Positions 9,968-19,775 are shown, counted from the stretch's first letter. The stretch: DNA of 64,000 nucleotides from an uncultured Candidatus Saccharibacteria bacterium (GCA_964364265.1 CAYILA010000003.1:19959-83958), one strand, 5' to 3'. A program made the numbers and translations. The notes: generated by a model not told the origin, from the letters alone.

Positions 9968-10111
9968 CTACCTGATTAAGTTCAAACCGATCTCATCGTT
10001 CTTTGTTCTGTTGATCGTATGCAATTTTTCAAGAAATATCGCACAAGTTGCGGAAACAATCTCGTCTCCTTTATTGGGGCGCAATATGTATTTTTCTTTT
10101 GAGCAATTCAT
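9968..10111 (-). CDS. Small hypothetical protein (47 aa)
   Basis: Manual translation MNCSKEKYILRPNKGDEIV...LNLIR*. It fills the gap with 6-nt spacers on both sides. Confidence 0.45.
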   Translation of the reverse strand: MNCSKEKYILRPNKGDEIVSATCAIFLEKLHTINRTKNDEIGLNLIR

Positions 10112-10117
10112 TAAAAA

Positions 10118-10378
10118 CTAAAAAACACTTTGAATTCGTGTCAATAAGAATTTTATCACAATAACAATGATATTGCCAATATGCATTGCTGCCGGCCAAG
10201 TTGCCGGCAAAAGCAAGATAAGCGTTGCGATAATAATCCAATGACCGCTTTTAAAAGTATGCCAGATTTGGATGACAAGAAATATAAGAAATAGTAGAGA
10301 GATAAGCGCTTGAGTCATCGGTGGTAGCGGCGATATGATTTTATCATAAAAAGAGAACACGACATCAAGATATGTCAT
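10118..10378 (-). CDS. Small membrane protein
   Basis: Hydrophobic 86-aa ORF with operonic spacing. Confidence 0.7.
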   Translation of the reverse strand: MTYLDVVFSFYDKIISPLPPMTQALISLLFLIFLVIQIWHTFKSGHWIIIATLILLLPATWPAAMHIGNIIVIVIKFLLTRIQSVF

Positions 10379-10379
10379 A

Positions 10380-11183
10380 TTATTTCTTCCCGACTACAAC
10401 GACTGCCGTATACTTGCCGGCAATCGCGTCTGACTGCTCGATAGTTACTGATCGGGCAGAAAGAGAGGTTTTTACCAATTCCGCAAAAGCCTGCTTGTCC
10501 GTTTGATAATACACGATTGTTGTCTGATAAGAAAACTTCCTGGCGTTCGTGACCGACAAAACCGTGAACCCGTCGGCAGTTAAAGTTGCTTTCACCTTTG
10601 CGGCCTCTCCTGCGACACCGTTACCGTTCAATACTTGCAGAGTGCCGTCCGCCTTTGTTGCGGTAGCGGTCGTTGCGGCGGCTGGAGCGGCAGTTTGAGT
10701 CGAGGCAGGAGTTGTGGCCTGTGAAGTCGCAGCAGTCGAGGTTTTTGCTGTTTCTTCTTGAGTGATTGTTTCCCCCTCGTATGAATTTTTAGTTGATGAA
10801 TTGCTGGTTGAATCAGTTGATTTGGTATCGTTTGATCTTAAGGGGTTGTAAGGACTTTTATAAATGGCCAATAATATTAACCCGGAAATTACCAATAACC
10901 AGACAAAAGTTTTAATACAGGAATGCTTCTTTTTGGGTTTTGGATTTGGCATATCATCAAAAAAACCGCTCTTGGAAGTTTTTTCGTTGGATCCGGTATT
11001 CTCAGGAACAAAAAAATCAGGAGAATCGGCCTCGTCTTTTTTGTCTTTCTTTTCATTCCCGACTTCCTCTTTGGGCTTTTCTGGTTCGGGTTTAGAAAAA
11101 GAGATCGGTTTTTCAGGATCATCTGAAAAACCAACACCCTTGTGTTTCTTTCGATGCGGCCTTATGTCGTCTGAAATTCCCAT
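10380..11183 (-). CDS. Membrane protein with a LytR C-terminal domain
   Basis: TM segment, T/A-rich linker, and VLNGNGVAGEA...VVVVGK. Confidence 0.85.
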   Translation of the reverse strand: MGISDDIRPHRKKHKGVGFSDDPEKPISFSKPEPEKPKEEVGNEKKDKKDEADSPDFFVPENTGSNEKTSKSGFFDDMPNPKPKKKHSCIKTFVWLLVISGLILLAIYKSPYNPLRSNDTKSTDSTSNSSTKNSYEGETITQEETAKTSTAATSQATTPASTQTAAPAAATTATATKADGTLQVLNGNGVAGEAAKVKATLTADGFTVLSVTNARKFSYQTTIVYYQTDKQAFAELVKTSLSARSVTIEQSDAIAGKYTAVVVVGKK

Positions 11184-11218
11184 TTCCCCTCAATTTATTT
11201 ACTTGATTATAACACTTA

Positions 11219-12127
11219 TTACCGCCATTTTCTAATCCGTTCGAAATCTTTAGGTTTTTTAAAGTCAACAATATGCTCCCGCCAGTCATCCCCGATTATG
11301 AAATGATTGTTGATGTCGCCTGCCCCCAAAAGTGAAAGATATCCGATATCTTCAATCTTAATATTCATCAGGTTGCAAGCCAGCCAATCGGCGGCCAAGG
11401 GATCTGAAGAAACTATCGAGTAATGAGCCGGCACCATGTCGCCATGTACCGGTCCCTCGCCTTCCATACATTCGAAACCGTCTAACACGGAAAGCTTTAG
11501 CTTGATATGTTCGAAAAGAGTGGCAATGTTTTCATTTAAAGCGGGAGTGCCCTGATGGATTAAGGATTTATTGTCTTTTAATTTCGAAAAATTCATCCCT
11601 AATTTAGCGGATAGTCCGAAATAAGGTTTGATCAGCCCGCCGACAGCCACATTTTTAATTGCGCCGGTATAAATCACTTCATTATGTGTTTTGGGCAAAG
11701 CGATTGAAATTAAGTAATCGGAGTTTAATAATGTTTTGGAAAATTGCGCCCGGATCTTATTGTTTTTTTTATCCAAGATTTCAATCGTTTCGAATTCATC
11801 GGTGTTAAGATCAACCAAAGCCAAATCGTATTTTTCCTGTAATGAAAAATACCCGTAGTTTTCAAATGCGGTTATAGTGTTGCCTTCGCCGGTTCCTTCG
11901 GCAAGGATAATTTGTGATTTTACATAAGGAGAGATGAAATTCAACAAAGCGTCGAGGGCGTCAACGTGGGTTGATGAAAGCTGGATATCTTCATGGACGC
12001 AATTCGGTTTGACGACGACGCTTTTTGCGCCGCGAAGACCGGAAATGATTTCACCTTTAATCAAAGAGAGAGCCCTCTCGATGTTGTATTTGCGGTCGTT
12101 GGAAGAAATAAAAGCAATTTTACTCAT
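11219..12127 (-). CDS. DUF362 domain protein
   Basis: VKPN, PKTH, GAIKN and MEGEGP motifs. Confidence 0.85.
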   Translation of the reverse strand: MSKIAFISSNDRKYNIERALSLIKGEIISGLRGAKSVVVKPNCVHEDIQLSSTHVDALDALLNFISPYVKSQIILAEGTGEGNTITAFENYGYFSLQEKYDLALVDLNTDEFETIEILDKKNNKIRAQFSKTLLNSDYLISIALPKTHNEVIYTGAIKNVAVGGLIKPYFGLSAKLGMNFSKLKDNKSLIHQGTPALNENIATLFEHIKLKLSVLDGFECMEGEGPVHGDMVPAHYSIVSSDPLAADWLACNLMNIKIEDIGYLSLLGAGDINNHFIIGDDWREHIVDFKKPKDFERIRKWR

Positions 12128-12274
12128 CGCCAGTATATTATATCAAAAGAGGAGCATCGATTCATATTACCTGCTCTAAATCATAATATTCAATATAGGA
12201 TGAGATGATTGTGTTATTGATATCATTATTCACAAACCCTCCAGTTTGTTATTGATTAAGGGTTTGTTTTTGTT

Positions 12275-12886
12275 TTAGCGGCCGAATTTCCGTATCATAC
12301 CGCGGACTTTGCCTTGGATTGTGACTCGGTTTCTGGCGAAGCGCATCGCCGACATTGACTTATTGGCCGGTTGAAGCCGGATGCCGCCCTTCTCCTCATA
12401 GAATCTTTTTAAGGTGGCATTTTGATTATCAACTAGGGCAACGACGATGTCGCCATTTTTGGCGGAAGAAGTTTGCTCAATAATGATGTAATCGCCGTCA
12501 AGTATGCCATCATCGATCATCGATTCGCCGCGGACTCGAAGGGCAAAGGTTTTTTTACCCATCATATCACGCGGGATATCGATCGTCTCCGATGTTCTTA
12601 TCGCTTCGATTGGCCGACCGGCGTCGATTACGCCCTCAAGCGGAATAGTAAATATACCCGCGCCATCGTCAAAACTAGGCGTTAATTGAATTGCCCGCGC
12701 CTCCATCGCCTCTTTAGTCAGATAACCCTTTTCCTGTAAGATATTGATATACTCGGCAATCGTGCCGGTTGAAGAAAACTCAAAGTAATGGGCTATTTCG
12801 CGGTAGCTGGGGGCGTAGCCGTTCTCATCGATAAAACCGCGTATGTAGTCCAATATCTCTTTTTGTCGCTTTGTCAGTGGATCCAT
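12275..12886 (-). CDS. lexA: SOS repressor LexA
   Basis: LTKRQ..PSYREIA HTH, AG cleavage site, GESM Ser and TLKR Lys. Start at ATG 12886 with a GGGAG RBS. Confidence 0.96.
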   Translation of the reverse strand: MDPLTKRQKEILDYIRGFIDENGYAPSYREIAHYFEFSSTGTIAEYINILQEKGYLTKEAMEARAIQLTPSFDDGAGIFTIPLEGVIDAGRPIEAIRTSETIDIPRDMMGKKTFALRVRGESMIDDGILDGDYIIIEQTSSAKNGDIVVALVDNQNATLKRFYEEKGGIRLQPANKSMSAMRFARNRVTIQGKVRGMIRKFGR

Positions 12887-12897
12887 TTGGCTCCCTG

Positions 12898-12945
12898 TGT
12901 TCGTAATGTGTTCGGTATATCTATTATCGAACAAAAACCAAACAT
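12898..12945. promoter_or_regulatory. Two direct-repeat LexA operator candidates in the lexA promoter
   Basis: GTTC-N7-GTTC at 12899-12913 and GAAC-N7-AAAC at 12929-12943. The -35 TTGACA is at 12947-12952 on the minus strand. Confidence 0.6.
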
Positions 12946-13007
12946 CTGTCAATATCTATGTAGCCGTGTGGTTGTGGATAACTTGAAAATATGGTAGAAT
13001 TGGAAAA

Positions 13008-13150
13008 GGCAAGATGTGAAAATTTAATGTAGACAAAAAAAATAAATATCGGAAGACGATTCGGGAAACTCGATCTTCCGATATTAGACAATTCACATCT
13101 TGCAAAGTAATTATCCGGGACCGGCGATTCAGCCGGTCCCATTTCTTTTT
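13008..13150 (+). ncRNA. Candidate rod-shaped RNA divergent from lexA
   Basis: TGnTAGAAT at 12992-13000, nested 12-bp inverted repeats, and a GC hairpin with a U tract at 13117-13150. Confidence 0.35.
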
Positions 13151-14472
13151 AATAGGCCAACACATTCAATGTGGTGGGTTTGCGGGAACATATCGATCGG
13201 CTGGACTTTTTTGAGTCCTATCCCCCTTTTTTCAAATAATACGATATCACGGGCGAATGTAGCTGGATTGCAGGAGACGTAGATTAGACGGTCAAAATCA
13301 ATTTTTGATATTGATTCTATGGTTTCCGGCCTTAATCCCGCCCGCGGCGGATCAATGACAATCACAGAATTGTTAAACCCGCCTACCGGCGAGGCAGGTT
13401 GTTTGATTGTTAAATTGTTGTTCAGATATTTTTCGGAATCCTCCCTTATGAATTCAACATTATGGATATGATTAATCATAGCATTGTCTTTCGCGTCGCG
13501 GACAGCTTCCGGAATAATTTCAACGCCGGTAACATTTTTTGCCATCGGCGATAAATAGATTGCGATCGAACCGGTGCCGCAGTAGAGGTCTAAGACCACA
13601 TCTTTTGGAGTGACGGCAGCGTATTCCTTGATTTTATTATAAAGCGTTTTGACACCGAGCGAATTTGTCTGGAAAAAAGATTCCGGCGAAATTTGAAACA
13701 GAAGCGAACCTATTTTTTCGTAAATAACCGGCGAACCGAATAAAAGATATCGCTTCATATTCGTAAGCGATTTGGCCGGCGCGACAGTATGATAAATTGA
13801 TTTAACGCCGGTAATTTCCTTTATGCAATTAGCAATACCCTCTTTATCTGGCAGGGTTTCGGTGCTGGTGATAATCTCAACCATAAAATCACCGGTTGCT
13901 TTGCCTTCGCGGATTTTTAACTGCCAAAATGATCCCTTATTTTCAACATTTTCATTAATATATTGTTTTAATTTGGGCAAAATCTCATTTGCGGTTACGG
14001 ATTGTAAGAAACATTTATCTACCTCAACCAATCCTTTTTTATAATCGAAGTTTTGGCGGGCGAAGCCGATATCGCCATCCGGTTTATCGATGAAGAAAAA
14101 CCGAATCGAATTGCGGTAAAAGAACGGGTGATTAGATCCGGGTATTATTTTCTCTGATTTTGTATCTATCCTTTGTTTTTTGAGAATTTCAGTAAATATC
14201 TTGCCTTTAAATCTTAGCTGAACGTCGTAAGGGATATTTTGATGCTCGCAGCCGCCGCATTTATCAAAAAATTGACAACGCGGTTTTATCCGAATCGGTG
14301 ATGGATTAATAATCTCCTTGATAATGCCGTTGGCATAATTCTTTTTATCTTTAGTAATATACGCCTCGACTTCATCACCGGGTACTGATTTCTTAACCAA
14401 AACGACCTTGCCGTCTTTTGAACAGCCCAATCCCCAACCTTCGTAAACTAGTTTTTCAATTTTGATTTTCAT
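13129..14472 (-). CDS. rlmD: 23S rRNA (uracil-5)-methyltransferase, RlmD family
   Basis: TRAM domain, CxxxxxCGGC, SFFQTN, DPPRAG, YVSCNP and DMFPQT motifs. Confidence 0.93.
   Translation of the reverse strand: MKIKIEKLVYEGWGLGCSKDGKVVLVKKSVPGDEVEAYITKDKKNYANGIIKEIINPSPIRIKPRCQFFDKCGGCEHQNIPYDVQLRFKGKIFTEILKKQRIDTKSEKIIPGSNHPFFYRNSIRFFFIDKPDGDIGFARQNFDYKKGLVEVDKCFLQSVTANEILPKLKQYINENVENKGSFWQLKIREGKATGDFMVEIITSTETLPDKEGIANCIKEITGVKSIYHTVAPAKSLTNMKRYLLFGSPVIYEKIGSLLFQISPESFFQTNSLGVKTLYNKIKEYAAVTPKDVVLDLYCGTGSIAIYLSPMAKNVTGVEIIPEAVRDAKDNAMINHIHNVEFIREDSEKYLNNNLTIKQPASPVGGFNNSVIVIDPPRAGLRPETIESISKIDFDRLIYVSCNPATFARDIVLFEKRGIGLKKVQPIDMFPQTHHIECVGLLKRNGTG
13368..13419. repeat. In-frame octamer repeat (AACAATTT x4) containing a nested 21-bp palindrome inside rlmD
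   Basis: CCCGCCTACCGGCGAGGCAGG at 13378-13398 interrupts the 8-bp periodicity. Confidence 0.7.
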
Positions 14473-14605
14473 TTATTTAGTAACGAATATATAAGAATAC
14501 CCGTAGCGACGGCGACATTTTCGGCTGAACGGACACTGTCTAAAACAAAATAAACCTCCAAAAGAGGCTTATCTGTTATTTTCAGCTGATTTTTATTAAA
14601 TCCGT

Positions 14606-15892
14606 TCACTTATCAATTCTTTTTTTAACCTCGGATGCTAATGAACTTGAGGGAAATGTCTCTTGAGTCGAGGCGGAGAGATCGCGCAAAATCGCTTCGT
14701 CCTTCATCGCTTCGCGCTGACCGATGATAACAACATATTTTGCCCCTATCCTTGAAGCGGATCCCAGCTGTTGGCGCAATCCATCGTTTGAAGGAACGAA
14801 AAATACATTCAGATCCGCTTTGGTCAATTCGTCGTAAATATTTTTCGAGGCCTCCTTGGCCTTCTCGCCCAACTGTAGGATGCAGACATCAACCCCTCTT
14901 TTTAGGGGAAGTTTGATTTTTTGTTCTTTCATTAGAGAAATAATTCTTTCAATGCCAAGGGAATATCCGACCGCCGGCGTGCTTATGCCTCCTAGAAGCT
15001 CGACTAAGCCGTTATAGCGACCGCCGCCCCCGATTGAACTTTGCCGGCTTTTGTCATCTTTTGAGCCGATCTCAAAAACAGTATTGGTGTAGTAATCCAA
15101 ACCTCTGACCAATTTAGGATCAAGGTCGTAGCGGATATTGAAATAATCCAAATACTCCAAGGTGTTTTGAAAATGTGTTTTACATTCACTACAGAGCGAA
15201 TCTAAAGTGGTGGGAGCGTTTTTGGACAGATTCTGGCACTTTTCCTCTTTGCAATCCAAAAGCCGGAGCGGGTTTTTCTCATACCTTCTGATACAATCTT
15301 CACAGAGGTTTTTAATCTTGTCTTTGTAATATTTTTTTAGTTTTGCCTGAAACTTCGGACGGCACTTTTGGCAGCCGATTGAATTAGTATAAACGATAAT
15401 ATCCTTGAGTCCTAGACGGTTTAAAATCTCCCAAGCGGACATTATGGCCAGATAATCTGATTTCGGCGAGGGATCGCCAACGATCTCTACTCCAAGTTGA
15501 TAAAATTCCCGGTATCTGCCCTTTTGGGGGCGTTCTCGGCGGAACATCGGTCCATAATAATAGAGTCGAACCGGTTGCGGCCATGAACTCATTCCGTTCT
15601 GAATATAAGACCGGATAACGCCGGCCGTGCCTTCCGGACGAAGAGCGTAAGCGACGCCTTCATCGCCGCCGGTCTTTTCGAGCATAAACATCTCTTTCGT
15701 TACTATATCGCTGTCCAGACCAATTCCTCTCCCGTATATTTCGGCATTTTCAAAATAAGGAACATCGATTCGCTCGATGCCCAATCCTTCTAATATTTTA
15801 AATGATTCATCCGCGACTCTCTGCCAGTATTGCTGGTCTGTCGGAAGTATGTCTTTCGTACCTCTTGGCGATTGATATGATTGCTTACTCAT
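14606..15892 (-). CDS. hisS: Histidine--tRNA ligase
   Basis: LRPEGT, RERPQKGRYREF and VRGLDYY motifs. Confidence 0.98.
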   Translation of the reverse strand: MSKQSYQSPRGTKDILPTDQQYWQRVADESFKILEGLGIERIDVPYFENAEIYGRGIGLDSDIVTKEMFMLEKTGGDEGVAYALRPEGTAGVIRSYIQNGMSSWPQPVRLYYYGPMFRRERPQKGRYREFYQLGVEIVGDPSPKSDYLAIMSAWEILNRLGLKDIIVYTNSIGCQKCRPKFQAKLKKYYKDKIKNLCEDCIRRYEKNPLRLLDCKEEKCQNLSKNAPTTLDSLCSECKTHFQNTLEYLDYFNIRYDLDPKLVRGLDYYTNTVFEIGSKDDKSRQSSIGGGGRYNGLVELLGGISTPAVGYSLGIERIISLMKEQKIKLPLKRGVDVCILQLGEKAKEASKNIYDELTKADLNVFFVPSNDGLRQQLGSASRIGAKYVVIIGQREAMKDEAILRDLSASTQETFPSSSLASEVKKRIDK

Positions 15893-15979
15893 AACTACTC
15901 CTTTTTTTGACTATAAAAAGCCAAGTTAGCAAGCTAACTGCGCCAATAGTAGCAATAATTAAGTAAAAAATCAAAGAAA

Positions 15980-18493
15980 TTAAAGGATCTTAAACTTTAA
16001 TCCGTCGTTTTTACTAAATGAGATCTTTATTTTATTTCCGTTGCTTAACTCTTCAGTCAGGATTTTTTCTGCTATGACCGATTCAATTTTATCAGAGATC
16101 AATTTTCTTATCGGTCTAGCGCCAAAGTCCGGATTAAATCCCTCCTTTGCGATCCATTTTGTGACCGATTTATCGTACTCGATTGAAATCATTTGTTTAA
16201 GGATCCGGTCTTTCAATTCCTTCATTTGTAATTCGACAATCTCTTCGATTGAAGAATTTGAAAGAGGACGGAAAACAATAATCTTATCTACTCTGTTTAA
16301 GAATTCAGGTTTAAAAAATTCTTTGAGCTCTTCATGCACCTGATCCTTCATTTTTTCATAGGCGTCGTCGATATTTTTTTCGTTGGCGAATCCAATCAAC
16401 GATCGTTTATCAAAGATATTTGTTCCCATATTCGATGTCATTACAAGAATCGTATTTTTAAAATCGACTTTTCTGCCTCTGGCATCGGTTAATTCGCCGT
16501 CTTCCATAATCTGGAGAAGGATATTAAATACCTCCTGGTGAGCTTTTTCAATCTCATCGAAAAGAATCACGGAGTACGGTTGTCTCCGGACAAGCTCGGT
16601 CAGTTTGCCACCCTCTTCATATCCGATATAGCCGGCCGGGGCGCCGATTAATCTCGAAACATTATGGCGCTCCATAAACTCCGACATATCGATTTTTATC
16701 AATGCGTTGCGATCGCCGAGTATCTCTTCGGCTAAAACCTTTGCCAATTCCGTTTTACCGACACCGGTCGGACCTAGAAAGATGAATGAACCGTTCGGAC
16801 GATTCGGATTGGCAATCCCGACTCTGGCGCGTCGGATGGCTCTTGAAATCTCGACCACCGCCTCGTCTTGGCCTATAATATGTTTTTTAATTCTTTTCTC
16901 CAAATCCAAGTAACGCTTCTTTTCTTTAATCGTCAGGTCGGTTACCGGTATCCCTGTCCATTTTGAAACAACAACCCCGATTTGCTCTGCCGAGATAATA
17001 TTTATCTTATCAAGAGAATCATTTTTCTTAATCTCTTTGATCGCGTTTTCAATTTTAATCTCCCTCTCCCGAAGCTTGGTCGCTCTTTCGTATTGTTCCG
17101 CCAAAATGCTTTCTTCTTTTTCGCGCAATAATTCTCTAAGTTGTGTTGTAAGTTGAGCTAATCTGGCGGATGCCGGAGAAACCGTATTTGTGGCCGCCGC
17201 CGCTTCGTCGATTAAATCAATTGCTTTATCAGGTAGATTTCTGTCATTAATATAGCGCTTCGAAAGGTATACCGCCGCTTCGATCGCTTCCGGAGTATAA
17301 GTAACATTGTGGAAGCTTTCATACCGGCTCTTGATACCCTTAAGAATCTCAACGCTTTCGGCTGGAGTGGGTTCTTTGACAATAATCGGCTGGAATCGAC
17401 GCTCGAAAGCCGGATCTTTCTCAATATATTTTTTATATTCATCAGTGGTTGTGGAACCGATTAAGTGGAGTTCGCCTCGAGCTAGCATCGGTTTCAATAA
17501 ATTTGCGGCATCGATTGATCCCTCTGTCGAACCGGCGCCGACAACAGTGTGTATTTCATCGATAAATAAAATCATCTTGCCGTTTTTCTTAATTTCGGAC
17601 AGCAATTTTTTGACGCGGCTTTCAAATTGCCCTCGATACATTGTACCGGCTAGAATAGAGCCCATATCAATAGATAAAATTTCCCGGCCATGCAGTTTAT
17701 TTGGAACTTGTCCGGTTATGATCTTTTGAGCCAAACCCTCCACAATTGCCGTCTTTCCAATCCCCGGTTCGCCGATCAGGACGGGATTGTTCTTAGTCCT
17801 CCGGCATAATATTTGAATTAACCGCTCTGTTTCCCTTTCTCGGCCGATAACCGGGTCAAGTTTTCCGGACTGGGCCAACTTCGTTAAATTTGTGGTGAAC
17901 GAGGTTAGGATTGAATCGGTTTTGGTTTTGGCATATGTCGATCCGCCCATGGCGGGACCGATCGGGCCGAACCCTTCCTCTCCCATTTCGAACGAGGGCT
18001 CAAAATCAGGTCTTGGCTCGGATTCGGGAGGTTTCATATCGGTTAGGGTATCGCGTATTCCTCCAAAAATTGTCTCAATCTGCTTTTTAATCTCATCAGG
18101 TTTAACACCCATCCGTTCGATTATCGAATATGAAACAAAATTCTTATTCGATAAAAGAGCCAAAAGCAAATGCTCGGTATCAATTGTAAAGTGACCGTAT
18201 TTTGATGCCTCAAGCACGGCTGATTTAATCGCTTCTTTTCCGTCGTCGGTAAGGCCGTCCGGAGCGTTTCTGACCATTTTTTTGGAAACCAAAGACGAAA
18301 TCAGTGCTGCCCTTTCGGTACTGACATCAAATGAGGATAATATTTCGTAGGCGAGAGTTTCTCTAGCTAAAAGCATCGCGACAAGCATATGCTCGGTATC
18401 CAGCACCGCGTTTTGTTCGTGGGAAATTCTTTCAGCCGAGACCAGTACCTTCTTTAGATTTTCAGAAAATTTTCTAAATAAATTCATATCCAT
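15980..18493 (-). CDS. clpC: ATP-dependent Clp protease ATPase, ClpC type
   Basis: Clp-N repeats, two Walker A motifs (GEPGIGKT, GPTGVGKT), UVR middle domain, and an IGF loop. Confidence 0.93.
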   Translation of the reverse strand: MDMNLFRKFSENLKKVLVSAERISHEQNAVLDTEHMLVAMLLARETLAYEILSSFDVSTERAALISSLVSKKMVRNAPDGLTDDGKEAIKSAVLEASKYGHFTIDTEHLLLALLSNKNFVSYSIIERMGVKPDEIKKQIETIFGGIRDTLTDMKPPESEPRPDFEPSFEMGEEGFGPIGPAMGGSTYAKTKTDSILTSFTTNLTKLAQSGKLDPVIGRERETERLIQILCRRTKNNPVLIGEPGIGKTAIVEGLAQKIITGQVPNKLHGREILSIDMGSILAGTMYRGQFESRVKKLLSEIKKNGKMILFIDEIHTVVGAGSTEGSIDAANLLKPMLARGELHLIGSTTTDEYKKYIEKDPAFERRFQPIIVKEPTPAESVEILKGIKSRYESFHNVTYTPEAIEAAVYLSKRYINDRNLPDKAIDLIDEAAAATNTVSPASARLAQLTTQLRELLREKEESILAEQYERATKLREREIKIENAIKEIKKNDSLDKINIISAEQIGVVVSKWTGIPVTDLTIKEKKRYLDLEKRIKKHIIGQDEAVVEISRAIRRARVGIANPNRPNGSFIFLGPTGVGKTELAKVLAEEILGDRNALIKIDMSEFMERHNVSRLIGAPAGYIGYEEGGKLTELVRRQPYSVILFDEIEKAHQEVFNILLQIMEDGELTDARGRKVDFKNTILVMTSNMGTNIFDKRSLIGFANEKNIDDAYEKMKDQVHEELKEFFKPEFLNRVDKIIVFRPLSNSSIEEIVELQMKELKDRILKQMISIEYDKSVTKWIAKEGFNPDFGARPIRKLISDKIESVIAEKILTEELSNGNKIKISFSKNDGLKFKIL

Positions 18494-18545
18494 AAATTCT
18501 CCGTCATCAAAACAGATTTATTACCCCGCCGTATTGGTAATACTC

Positions 18546-19622
18546 TTACTCTTCTGTTTCTGTTTCAATTTTTTCTTCGTCAACCTCGATATCAATGCCC
18601 CAGCCAGTCAATTTTGAGGCCAATCGAACATTCTGACCATTGCGGCCGATAGCCAATGATAAACTCTCCTGATCGACAAAAACAGTCGCTTTGTTGTCCT
18701 TTGCCGAGATCACGATCCTATTTGTTTTGGCCGGTGACAATGCGTTCGAGATAAATTGTGAAACATCTTCATCCCAAAGGACGATATCAATTTTCTCCTC
18801 GCCAATTTCATCCAGAACGGCCTGAACTCTTGTTCCTCTCTGTCCGACACAGGATCCAACCGGATCGATCTTGTCCTCGGTGGCAATAACAGCAATCTTT
18901 GTTCTAGAACCGGCTTCTCTTGAGACATTTTTGATGATAACCGAACCGGCGTTAATCTCCGGAACTTCGATTGCGAACAACCCTAAAATCAAGCCCTCGT
19001 CGGATCTGGATACGACGATTTGAGGCCCCTTAGTCGTTTCGACAACTTCCTTAACGTATGTTTTTAAGCGCTGTCCGACATAATATCTTTCATCTCTGAT
19101 CTGCTCGGAAGGATACATAATTCCATTTGCCTTGCCGAGCGAAACGATAATATTCTTACCGTCAACCTGTTGCACAACAGCCGTAACGACCTCGTGTTCT
19201 TTCTCTTTAAATTCTTTATAGAGCATGTTCCGCTCCGCTTCGCGGAGACGCTGAATAATTACTTGTTTGGCGGTCTGGGCGGCAATCCGGCCAAAATCGC
19301 TTTGTTTCGGAAGCGGAATAGTTACCTCTTCACCAACCTTGGCTTTTTTATTTATTTTTAGGGCCTGATCGAGCGTTAATTGTTGTTCCGGCTCCTCGGC
19401 TTCCTCTTCGCTTTCGACAACCTCATAAACCCGGAACATATCGGCGTCGCCGGTTACCGGATCCATTATGGCCTTAATGATCTGCTTCGGACGACCGTAA
19501 TCTTTTCGATAAGCGGCCGCCAGAGCGGCTTCGACTGTCTCTAACACAATTTCCTTTTCGAGTCCTTTTTCCTCGCAGAGTTCGTCGATTGCGGCGATAA
19601 AGGGGCTGATTTTTTGTGCCAT
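18546..19622 (-). CDS. nusA: Transcription factor NusA
   Basis: FGRIAAQTAKQ and AIGRNGQNVRLA motifs. GGAG RBS before ATG 19622. Confidence 0.97.
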   Translation of the reverse strand: MAQKISPFIAAIDELCEEKGLEKEIVLETVEAALAAAYRKDYGRPKQIIKAIMDPVTGDADMFRVYEVVESEEEAEEPEQQLTLDQALKINKKAKVGEEVTIPLPKQSDFGRIAAQTAKQVIIQRLREAERNMLYKEFKEKEHEVVTAVVQQVDGKNIIVSLGKANGIMYPSEQIRDERYYVGQRLKTYVKEVVETTKGPQIVVSRSDEGLILGLFAIEVPEINAGSVIIKNVSREAGSRTKIAVIATEDKIDPVGSCVGQRGTRVQAVLDEIGEEKIDIVLWDEDVSQFISNALSPAKTNRIVISAKDNKATVFVDQESLSLAIGRNGQNVRLASKLTGWGIDIEVDEEKIETETEE

Positions 19623-19695
19623 TTTTACTCCTTCGGGTAGCAATATTAAAGTTAACCACCCGTAATTAAGATTTAATTTGTAATTTGATTTTGAA

Positions 19696-19770
19696 TAAAA
19701 ATGGTGACCGGACAGGCCACCAAAAACATAACTACAAAGTTATTATAATGGAAAGATTTTTTTAAGTCAA
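19696..19770 (-). promoter_or_regulatory. nusA promoter with a leader terminator (attenuator candidate)
   Basis: TTGACT-N17-TATAAT at 19742-19770, then hairpin GGTGGCC-TGTCC-GGTCACC followed by ATTTTT. Confidence 0.6.
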
Positions 19771-19775
19771 GTATT

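Noticed and set aside
10660-10830. T/A/S-rich low-complexity stretch
   Set aside because: It is an ordinary linker of a surface protein.
12227-12981. DnaA boxes (TTATTCACA near 12226, TGTGGATAA at 12973) as an oriC
   Set aside because: There are only two scattered boxes, with no cluster and no dnaA or dnaN nearby.
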